Assembly: GCA_025603075.1 (NCBI GenBank)
Contig: MU626361.1
Coordinates: 11,577-75,576, forward strand
From: Neoconidiobolus thromboides FSU 785
Lineage: Eukaryota > Fungi > Entomophthoromycota
Length of the DNA stretch: 64,000 bases
Direction of reading: 5' to 3'
This document shows, in pieces, positions 50,428 through 61,911 of the stretch (the stretch's first letter is position 1; every line of letters starts with the position of its first letter). A program made the translations under genes and the position numbers. The notes below the pieces were generated by a model that saw only the letters and a program-made list of their open reading frames with translations, did no database searches and was not told the DNA's origin.

Positions 50428-53147
50428 ATGTTTAGTCGACTCTTAGCTTCAGCAGTGGATGCTTTAGTTCCACAGATCAAATCCAACCTAGAACTTCTTC
50501 AATATAACTGGGACGACATACACCATTTTTTAATTAATATTGGGCAGAGTAAGTTTAATGTAAAAGGATAATAGATAACTAATTATGGTACAGATAACAT
50601 CAATGTTCACATCAAAGAAACAAATATCAGCCAAAATCTAAAAGCAATTATAAGACTAGTTAAGGAAGACTCACGTTCAAGCAAAAACGTTTCAACAGGT
50701 ATGCAATGTTTGGATTATATATTGCAAGAAAGGGTATTGGGCATACTTACAGAATATGCTATCAAAGATGTAATTAATCTTTAACTTGACATTTTAATTA
50801 AGACTTGGACTTAATATTTAGTTAGATACCTAAAGGGTTAATTCACGAGGTGCTCAACTTATTTATCGAACTCTTTAATCTTTTTCCTACCAAACTTTTG
50901 CCACAGCTAACAGCTAGAAAACCAATGTTAAAGATCATCCAACATTGTTTGAGCTTACATGAGAACGTTTTAATCAGCGAAGCCCATACAAGTCTCATAT
51001 TGACTATAATTACCTCACTACATCTACAACCTATGTTACTCCCACTGTTTACAGCAAAACCTAATAAGAAGGCAAGAAGGCCAAGTAGTATCAGCAGTTT
51101 TGCTAAAGTGAGTATAAATCAGTTTGTGATAAAGGTGATTATATTAGTATTTTTATTATTAGCTTATTTTCTAAATTGTATAAGACTGAAAATTTAGCCC
51201 CAATAATGATATTTTTTGTTTCATTACAAAATTATATATGTTCAAATGGTGCATTAGGGGTACACTCTAGATCAGCTTTATATGAACTTATATCTTTAAT
51301 GTCCAATCATACAGATTCGATTACACTTTTGGTTGATGAACCTATATTTAAAGAGTTGATGGTAAATATTTATTTTAATTTATTTATTTTAATTTTAATT
51401 TAATAATATATTTTAGTTAGAGCAATTAACGTTTCAATATTCATCTATGCCAACGAGTTTTAGTCGCAGGAAAATCATTCGACCAGAAAAAAGGAGATCC
51501 ACGATAACACAAAAAGCTAAAATAGAAACATCATCGATTAAAGAGCGCAATATTATATTAATCGATACTTTTTTTGAACTTTGGAAATTTGTTAATAATT
51601 TGATGAATACTTCGAATCATGTAGGTTGTTTTGTTATGAATTTTTTAGAAAACTAAAATTTCTTTTAGGATATTAAAGAATATATTTTAAATGGTATCAT
51701 TAAACCTTTTTTAAGTGGTGTTACATTGCCTGGATTTTTCCATAAGTAAATTTATAGTTTACCTTTAGTTTTTGGATAGCAATTATTTATATAAAGTACA
51801 CCATCCATTGTATGTTCTCGTACAATGTATTTTTTAGATATGCTTACTGAATCATCGTCACATGACGTTTTTGATACACTGATTGAGTTTATATGCCATT
51901 CTAAAGAACCTTGTATGGCTTTAGGCCCTAATGACGAGGTTTGTAATTTGTTATGATCCGTTATGAAATTAAAAATTGTCTAGGTGACCAATAAAACGGT
52001 GTTAGATTGTATATTATCAAAGTTTGAAGATAGTGATGATGAAGTAATAAAAACAAAGTATAGTTTAACATAATAATCTAATGTTTTGAAAAGATTAGCT
52101 TGGTATCAATGCAATTGTTTGATACTTTGCTTTGCTTAAATAATGCTAAAGTTTATAAAGCATTAGGGTTAAGTCAGGTAGAAATATCAGGGTGTAAAGT
52201 AAGTGATCCGGAGATCCTTCTAAAAGCTCCTATAAAGTAAGTTAAACAAGTAATAGACATAATTTTTTTACACTTTTCATAGCTTTTTGAACCTCAGTAT
52301 TCCAAATAATGCAACAGACCCAATCCTTAGAGATTTTTTACTTCTACTTAACCCTCATAATTCGGGTTTTGATGACTATTTTTTAGATACTGTAGATCAC
52401 ATTTATCTATCTATCATGAGGTCATATAATAGCACAACTCCAATCAATGGGAATGAAAATAGCCCAGATTCTAAAGACGAAATTGATTTGCCATTACTAT
52501 GGAAAATCATGTTAAAAGAGGCAGGAAGATTATCTCAAAGATCTCACGAAAGGATAACTTTAATTACGGGGATTATTAGCAAACTAATCAAATGTGATTT
52601 CAATACCATTGTATATCACTTAATGAAGGATACGATATTAGTAACGGAAGCTAATCAAAAAGAAGAAACATATAGTGAATTAACTTACAATACAGTTCTA
52701 AGTCAACTTGTTGTACTCCTTCAAAGGGTATGCTTTAATATCAAACAAAAACAAAAATAAATGACTAATATTTAGGCCATACGACATATCGAAGAAGAGA
52801 TTAGCGCTCTGGGTAATGAAGCATGGAACGCGATCACAATCATTGATGCCTCTACCCCAAATGAAAATCCAACGCCAACACCGCCCAGTCCTACCGCTGC
52901 TTCATTAAAATTTAAGGACTTTAATGGACTAGGGGAACTGAAGCAACATTTTGGAATGTCTTCAAATCCGAAATCACCCACATCACCAACCAAAGTTAAG
53001 TTTGGACCTAGAGTTGAAATACTGCAGTTTGTAGCACCAATCTATAAGGATAGGTTTTGGACTTATCTTATTTTGCAGGAGTTTTGTAAGGAAATGGCAC
53101 TTTGTCTTACCGTCTATTGTTTTAATTTTGCTAATCAGTTTGAGTAG
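50428..53147 (+). CDS. FHIP/FAM160 (RAI16-like) FTS-Hook complex subunit (multi-exon)
   Basis: CLDYILQERVL, PKGLIHEVL, YICSNGALGVHSRSAL and C-terminal LILQEFCKEMA motifs across exons. Confidence 0.65.
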
Positions 53148-53580
53148 TTAGAGTTTTATAAAATAAGAGATTAAATTCATTTGAGTTATATATAATAAAT
53201 AGTAAGTTTTTCCTTAGTTTGATTTATTTAAGAGTTAAACAATTTTTCAATGAGGTGGCTAAAGTGGTGTAATCGTTTAAAATGCTACTTTAAGTGGTTT
53301 TAGGAATAATGAATAAGTTAAAAGTTAAATGGTATATCGATCATAATTAAAGCAATGCTAGTTTTTATTTTGTATGCTATAGTATATAAAAACATAATTT
53401 TATTTGAACTTTTATTGAACACTAACAACCATAGCAATTCTATATATAATCCCAAATATGAAAATTAGATGTATTCTAATTTTAAACACATCTTATTTAT
53501 TTTATTATAATAGATCATCCTTAAAAACCAAATCTTAGTGAAAAAAATAAAGTACCAATTGATAAAGCTTTATCCTCCAC

Positions 53581-55728
53581 TCATTCAAATATAGAATTGA
53601 TTTCCATCATCGGATCACTATAATGTAGTACCGCAATAATATCTCCACGATATTTGTTTAAAATTAAGATAAGGTCCTTCTTGCTAATATTTTCATAATA
53701 AGCAATCTCATCCAGATGATATTGTCCATTAAAATACTTAACTAACCTGAAAAATATAAATATACTCATACATATTCATGAATCTAATTTTTCCTTACCT
53801 TAAAAAAATATGTGTAAGCTCTGACACCTGAGAACTGGCCACCTCTTTGATCCACTCTTTTTCTGCTTCTGTGGCGTGTGCTGGGTTCGAAATAAGAGCA
53901 ATTGAAGACGGTATGTATCCATTCTCTTGTGATAATTCGCCAGGCTGGTGTGGCAGCCCTTCCCAATTAACACCTACTCGATCTATCTCATGGCTGCTGT
54001 AACCGAGTTTGATATGTCTAGGTATTACTAGATAGATATAATGATTTAGCTGTACTGCTGCGTCTTTCCTTAACAAAAAGATGATAGCCTCTAAATACTG
54101 CGCCCTTAGTTCTCTGTCTTTACTTACTAAAGCGTATTGGTTGGCGGTTGATAAAAAGGACAATAAGTCAGCTAATGGTATATTTGGGAAATACTGTTTG
54201 AATTCTGCAACCAAGTCTTCATAGCTATTAATAAATAAGAAACGATTTTAGCTAAAAATCAATTTTTGTAGTGTTACCTAAAATCATTAAGGAATTTCGG
54301 TGACAGTGTATAAATATTTTTTGGTGATATCACATCTATAAGCTTTGCTTTTTTCCAATAGATCAAGTGACTAGCTAAACGGATCATATGACTCATGGAA
54401 CAGTCCAATTGTGGAAGCAGATCAGACAAACTATATAATTAAGCTTTATTTTCATTGGACTATTTCTATTAAAAAGCTACCTTTTAGTTGGGGTTAATAC
54501 ATGAATAAGCTTAATGATTTTAGGAGAAGCGTCAGGTGGGAGTGCTTTTAAAATATCTTCCGGGGTATCCAAAAGGAGTAATGTGTGATATGGTCGAATG
54601 ACTGGCAGTTTTAGTCGACCACTTGAAAAGTCCTAGTCTTATTAGTAATTACTGGTGAATTGAAATAAATTAATTACCCTTTCTATTAAAGAGCTATATA
54701 GTCCACCTGGGTACTTGTAATTACCAGAAGACTCATCTTGCCTTATATGCTGTGTAAGAAAATCTAGTCTCTGGGGAGGAATTTGTAGAGAAAGATGAAT
54801 GTAATTATTAACAGCTAGTTGAGCAATTTTTCCTTGGCATATACTCGAGTATAAGCATGCGATATCTTTTGCTAATGGACTAGAGTTTAATATATTGTTC
54901 ATCAACTCATCTCTGGACTGACCTTTTAAATAAATGCTAATAGTTAAAAAATAATATTTAAATTGATACTCAAAACTCACCTTTTGAAATAGCCTCATCA
55001 GTCAAAGATAAAATCATTTCAACATTTTGCCTTAAATAATCACACCTTTTCTGTTCATAGATCAAAGCTGTGTTATATGTAGTGATCACATTGTTATAAA
55101 GTGAGTCTTCAAAATTTTGATATGAGTTATAGACGCTATTACTGGAATTTTTAACCACATAAACCATATGAAATAAAGTAATTTGAGAATAGTTACTTGA
55201 GTCTGTACGTATCAATGTTCTATATGGCTCTTGGACGGTATTTTCTTCACCAGCAGGTATAAACTGCTTTGAATCCTTACTTTGGTTCTTTTTGTTATTT
55301 TTATTCTCCAATAGTGTGGGTAGTCCTATAAAACACAAGTCTTGAATTGTGAGTTGAAACCTCTTATTACATAGTCCTGACTTTGGTGAAAAGACGTTCG
55401 CTATTAAACTTGGATCAAAGCCTAGTACAGTGTCATATAGCTGTAACTTACGGTCAATAATCCCACGGGGATCGTTATCTAAATCATTTTCTAGGCTATC
55501 GGGTAAGGATTCTTTATCAAAGAAAGTGTCTGTAGACTTATTACGGTTATGGTTAGATAAGTCAAGATTGTTTTCTGGTTTGAGATCAGATGAGTGGAAT
55601 GTTTCTACATGTTGTACTGAGTTTGGGTTTGGAGTCTCCGTTTTAGAAATACTGTTCGGATATTGAAGTACAAAATGATGCCCTCGACTTGAGTTGACCA
55701 CTAAAATTATGGCTTGTAAAGTGTTCAT
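53581..55728 (-). CDS. NPR3: Nitrogen permease regulator 3 (GATOR1/SEACIT subunit), multi-exon
   Basis: AIILVVNSSRGHHFVLQYP, LCNKRFQLTIQDLCFIGLP, LIYEQKRCDYL, KYFNGQYHLDEIAYYENI. Confidence 0.9.
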
Positions 55729-55827
55729 TTTTTAAAAAACACAACTTAAGAAGTTGAATTTTCAGCTTTTACAAATATAAAATTTTAATAAAAACATTTG
55801 TTTAAAAGATAATAATAATATTAATAA

Positions 55828-56087
55828 ATGATCAATAGTATCCTTGAATCAGTGATCCAGACTTTGATTCAAACTCTCAAAGCCAATGATAATCAATTAA
55901 ATAAAAAAGTTAAGGTAGATTGCTTTTATTAAATTTAATAATTATCTAATTCCAGTAGGAAGTATCAGAAGCCGTTGTATTGGCTGATAGAGCTGTTAAA
56001 AAGCTAATCGACTACACTCCCATGATTGATTTTGAGGTCATATCAACACAACTGTCTCCAAATCCTATCCCATTAGAAGATGAATAA
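55828..56087 (+). CDS. Putative 71-aa two-exon hypothetical protein
   Basis: Exon 55828-55914, intron 55915-55958 (GTAGAT...CTAAT...TAG), exon 55959-56087; helical, protein-like composition. No family recognised. Confidence 0.4.
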
Positions 56088-56552
56088 GTATAATCTCTTA
56101 TTTCGGGAAATTAAGTTGGGTTATGTAAATTAATAAACTATAAATTAATGTCAGCACTCATCAAAACAGTCAAATTTATTTATTTATTTGTATAACTATG
56201 ATATAGGAAAGATTGATTGTAGTATGATTTAATAACAACTCATCTATTTTTGAGAAGCGGAACTATTTATCAAAGTAGTAAAACACAGACGCTTAAAACA
56301 TATTTATTTATTTTTTAATAAAATTCCCAAACACATTGGATTTAGTATACTTTCATATTAAAAATACACCTTAAAGTATCGCTGTATGTGTAAAACTACG
56401 TTATAATTTTATTTTTCTATATCTCCAAAGTATTTACTAAATTTGAGAATCACATAAATTATAACCAATCACCAAAACCAAATCAGTCCAATATAAATAG
56501 GAATTTACTAATCTAAACAAGTTTAACAAATATTCATTTATATTGTAAAGGA

Positions 56553-58815
56553 ATGGGAATAAACGACTTAATACCACTGTTAAAGCCAATACAAAAGCCC
56601 ATTAGCCTCGACAAATACCGTGGCAAAGTGGTTGGAGTGGACGGATATATCTGGCTATACAAGGCCGTATTTAGCTGTGCTTATGAGATGGGACTCGGTT
56701 ATCGCTCACCAAAATTCGACAGTTATCTTAGCAAGCTATTGGATATGTTCGATCACTTTGGTGTGTCCCCTTACTTTGTATTTGACGGCAGTGATTTGCC
56801 TGCTAAAAAATGTACTAATAATAAACGTGATGAAACTCGATGGGATAACATACATAAAGCCAAAAAGTTTCATGAAGAAGGCAACCGTACAGAAGCCGAA
56901 AATTATTTCAGGAAGTGCATTATTATTTCTCAGGAAGTTGCAATGGGTTTTATTTACATACTAAGGGAAAGGAAAGTCAAATATATGGTAGCACCTTTTG
57001 AAGCTGATGCACAGTTAGCTTATTTGGCTAAAACAAATCAGGTAGATGCTGTGATCTCAGAGGATTCTGATCTTTTGGTTTATGAATGCCCAACAGTAGA
57101 TTTTATACTAATTCTAATGATAAAGATTTTAATAATATTCTTAGGTTATATATAAGCTAAACTTACAGGGTGAAGGTATTGAAATTAACTATAAAGATAT
57201 TCCAACCGTGCCAATTTTGGGAAAACAATATTCTGACCCAAAAAAATTTAGGCACTTATGTATATTAGCAGGCTGTGATTATTTACCAAATATTCGAGGG
57301 ATAGGCCTTAAAAAAGCAATCCGTTACTTGAAGGATAGTAAAACCTACTTAAATGCAATTAATGGGATCCGACTTAGTGAAAAATTTGAAGTGCCCCATA
57401 ATTATGAAAAAGAATTTTATAGGGCAGATCTAACTTTTCAATATCAAAGAGTATTTGATCCACGTACCAATGAAATGGTACATGTAAACGAACCACCATT
57501 AGGTTTTCCAGTTGATAAGTTAGCCTTCCTTGGGCCTAGGATCGATGGTACTCCGATAGTGAATGCGGTTATTACTGGTGTAATGCGTCCAGACAATTTG
57601 GCCGTAATTCATAAAATAATTAGGCCAGAAATGCCTAATGTACCTATTCCTCCCTTTATTGCTCAAATTAAGCCAAGGCCTGAACCTATAATAATTAATA
57701 ATACTAATAGTAACGAAAAAGTTCAACAAAATGGATCAATCAAGGGACCACTAGATGAGAACAATAACAACACAATAATAAATGGTAGCTTAAATAAGCA
57801 GCAATCAAGTAGTAAAGCCAATATTTCAGTACATCCGGTTATCCAATCAAGTCCTGAAAAGAGAAAACAAGAGCAAGAGCATGCTAAAAGGATCAACAAT
57901 TCAATTGTAAAAAAGGCAAAGGAAAGTATAACTAGTGGAGTGCCCATTTCTGGTCTTGAATATAAATCAGTTAAAGATATCCCGCCCCGTGTTATGAGCC
58001 AGGTTGCACTGAGACAAAGGGTAGCAGAAGCTGAAAAGTTACGAGAGGAGCAGGATAGGCAAAGGGCTATTCAAATTAATATTCGTCGAAAGGAACTTCT
58101 TGCAATGAGTAATGAAGGAAAAAAGATAACTTCTAATGACATACAACCAAACGGTAATAATAAAAAGATTATACAAAATATGGTTATGGCCCCTCTAGTT
58201 GGTGAAAACTCAAGTGCCTTGTCATCTAATAAAGTACAGCCAAATGGTACTTATATATCTGATTTACCATCACATTTGGTTCGAGTGCCTCCAATGGACG
58301 TAAAGACAGTTTTATCATCAAATAATAAAGAGGTAATAAGTCAAATTATCGCTAATAGTGTACCAAGAATTAGAGTTGAAGACCTTCCTGCTACTACAAA
58401 TTCAAAAACATCGACAACTAATAAGCAACAATCAAATGGGATCGATTTAAGTATTATATCCCAAAATAAGCCTAGAGCTATTTTAGCTACTGCAGATTTA
58501 AATATAGCACCTAATAAACAACAGCTAAGGGACGATCCTCAAAATGTTACCCCATCAAAGAAAAAAGTTGTTACAATTACGAATGAGAACCTCAATATCC
58601 TTCTACAACCAGCAACTAAGGAACAGATAAGAGAAGCTAACGCAAGATTCTATGGTAGAGAAATAAAAAGAAATTACTCTACTGCTACAGAATCGAGAGA
58701 TGAGTCTATTGATAACAACGAAGAAGAAAAGGCGAAGGATAACCCAGGTGAAAATAAAGAGGAAGAGATTACACCAACGCGTTGGAAAAGAGTCAGAGTT
58801 GATAGATGGATTTAA
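56553..58815 (+). CDS. EXO1: Exonuclease 1 (XPG/Rad2 family)
   Basis: MGINDLIPLLK, VDGYIWL, VAPFEADAQLA, ISEDSDLL, LAGCDYL, FQYQRVFDP; one intron near 57097-57145. Confidence 0.92.
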
Positions 58816-58884
58816 GTTATAATGATTAATATTACAATTGTTTTTTGGGTGCTAAAATCAGTCACTTCTATTGGGAGATTATAT

Positions 58885-58982
58885 GGGGCTGTTTTTTTTA
58901 GTTTCATTATTTTTCCATTTTTTAAGCGCTATTTATGTGGAAAAATTGTCAGTAAAATTCTTAAATACAAAAATACATCCCC
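58885..58982 (+). mobile_element. MITE family A just downstream of EXO1
   Basis: 98 bp, TSD ATAT, 96/98 identical to the 16332 copy. Confidence 0.9.
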
Positions 58983-60301
58983 ATATGTAGATTTGTCTAA
59001 AAGTTTAAATTTTGGTTAATAGAAAGTAATATTTGAATATGTAATAATTTCGATGAGCAGTTTTATATGTAACAGTTTAAAGTGTAATCATTTTTTTGAT
59101 AACAGTTTATGAATCTATGTGTCTAAATCATAACACCATTACTTAGAAAGCGAAATTTGACTTAGTTTAGAGTTGATGACATAACTTCGTATTGTTTTAT
59201 TGAGCATTTTAGATATTTGATTTAGTGTTACTTGTTATAAAAAGGAGAAACAGAAACTAAGTTCAAATGTTGAGAATTAAATATAGTTTTAAAAAAATGA
59301 TAGAATAACTATTTTTCCAATCTTTTATATTAGTTTTTATTGTTGTTTTAATACAGTGATCTTAAATAATTATTCTTTAAATGAAATACTGTCAAATATA
59401 CTAATTTTAAATGTCTAATTTAACTCTATTCTGTAGATTTAGCTATTTGAAATAGCGTTTTGAGTAGAATTTATTCAAATTATTTTAAAAGTGATTCATA
59501 AACTTTTTTTAAATAAATAAAAATAAAATAATCAAAGACAATTAAAAATTTTAAACGCCTCTAGGATTCATGAAGTAAACAAATCCATTTGTATATTTAT
59601 CTAGTTTTAACTTTGAATAATTATATTATTGTTGTATTTTATAGTGTTAAAACAGCGTGGAATAAAGGATTGTTATATTACATAAATAGTGATTTTTCTT
59701 AACATTGACCAAATCATTATAAAAACCAAAAAAATAAGTAGCTTTATAAAGAGTGCCTAAAGTGATATAAATACCATCTTATCTTATCTTATCATGCCTA
59801 TATATAATCATTTAAATGACCCTTAACACTATAAATTCTGATATTATAAAAAATATATAGTTATTTATCCCTTGGAATTATCTAATGATATCCCTAAACC
59901 CCAAAAGCTATAGTAAATGAAGTGGTTGATTAATAGCCAATGATATGCTTAAGATAACAACATTACACTCAAAAAAGCGACTACCATTGGTTACTAATAA
60001 TTGTATTCCCCGAAATTTGTTTATTCCTGACTTCTGTTCAGATTTTCAAGTTTTAGCGTGGGAAAATTGAAGTATTAATTACACCAATAGTAATACACAA
60101 GTTGGAGATTTTACAATCATTTATTGGTTTAGAATTTAGAATTTCGATAACAACTCCCAAGCAAGGATTTTATAAATAAATTTATTAATAAAATGAGTTA
60201 GTTACCTCTCTTTGATCATTATATCCGAGAAACTATGTAAGCTATATGCCTAGCTTTGTTATATATAATACTAACTCTCATTTTTACTCTTTATAGTAAC
60301 C

Positions 60302-61720
60302 ATGTCCGCTGAACTTGGTAAGTTTATTAATCTATTTATACAATATATTCTTATTTTAATGATATAGAAAATAAATTTGGCTCCATTCCACAAGTTGAAG
60401 ATCAGTCATTTTATGACACTTTACCAGAAACTATTGCTAAACGTGTTTATGGATTAAAATCCCTCCAAGTAAATATTTATTTAGTTATCCTTTGATTGTT
60501 TTAAGCTTAACTATTAGGCTGAACAACATGCTCTTGAAAAAAAATTTCATGAAGAAACTATGGCTTTAGAAAAGAAATATTATAGTCTTTATAAACCTAT
60601 TTTAGATAAACGCTCTGAAATCATTAATGGAAAAACTGAACCAAGTGAAGAACAAATCGCTACTGGTAAAGAAATTGCTAACCAAGATGAAGAAGTAAGC
60701 TAACTTTTGCTATTGATTCATTTATATTTATATTATACTCTAGGGCATTACCAGAAAAGGTCCAAAGCCAGACATCAAACAATATGAAGGTAGAATTGCT
60801 TAAAGTAATTTTGTTATGATATTAATATCGTTTAGGTGTACCTGAATTTTGGTTAATGGTTTTCAAGAATAACATTTCTTTGGCTGAAATCATCACTGAA
60901 CGTGATGAAGACGCTTTAGTTCATCTTCAAGATGTTCAAATTGAATATCTTGAAGAAGGTCTTGGTTATACCATCCACTTCTTATTCAACTCAAATGAAT
61001 ATTTCACCAATGAAAAATTAAGCAAATCTTATTACTTCAAGATTCAAGAACCATCTGGTACCCTTGGACTTGACCACTCTGTTGGTAGTGAAATTGAATG
61101 GAAAGAGGGTAAAAACCTTACTGTGATCACTAAATCTCGTAAACAACGTAACAAGGACACCAACCAAACTCGTATCATTAAGAATACAGAACCAACCGAT
61201 TCTTTCTTTAACTTCTTCACTTCTAAAGCTTTGCCAACTGAAGAGAATATGGATGAAATTGATGAAGAAGACTTTGAAAATTATGGAGAAATTATCGATG
61301 AAGATTTCCAGCTTGGAGAAGAAATTAAAGAAAAAATTGTTCCTCATGCCATCGATTGGTACACTGGCAAGGCTCTTGAGTATGAAGGCTTTGACTTTGA
61401 TGCTGAAGAAGTAAGTATTATTCATCAATTGAAAAGTAGATATTAATTATTTCATTTTTAGTATGAACAAGACTACGAACAAGGAAGTTCCGATGAAGAA
61501 GATCAAGTTGAAGAATTAGATGACGAAACTGTAAGTAATTGATAGATAAATAGTATAAATTTTTAGTAGTATAATGCTCATAAACAATAATTGATTTTAG
61601 GCTTAAATGTCACCAAAAAAAATTGATATACAAATAAATAAAGTGCAATTTTTATTTACAAATTTATTTTATTAGATTGAACCAAAAGGCGAAGAACAAC
61701 CAGAATGTAAACAGCAATAA
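60302..61720 (+). CDS. NAP1: Nucleosome assembly protein 1 (multi-exon)
   Basis: GVPEFWLMVFKN, NEYFTNEKLSK, IEWKEGKNLT, SFFNFF, IVPHAIDWYTG; ends in CKQQ (prenylation-type motif). Confidence 0.93.
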
Positions 61721-61911
61721 TCCTTTTTTTTGGCTTCCAACCTTTTTCATTTAATATATTAAATTACTTTAATTTTATGATTTTTTATTTGTTTTTAAAT
61801 ATTCAAAAATACCATTAAATTTAATTAGTAAACCATAACGCTTTAAATGATATCCAACAAATCTACATTTTATAATTTGTTATATAAAATTCGATATTTG
61901 ATATAGCTTTA

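Noticed and set aside
12710-58815. Meiosis/repair gene cluster (MSH4, MHF2, RNR1, EXO1)
   Set aside because: Genes are spread over 46 kb among unrelated housekeeping genes; consistent with chance.
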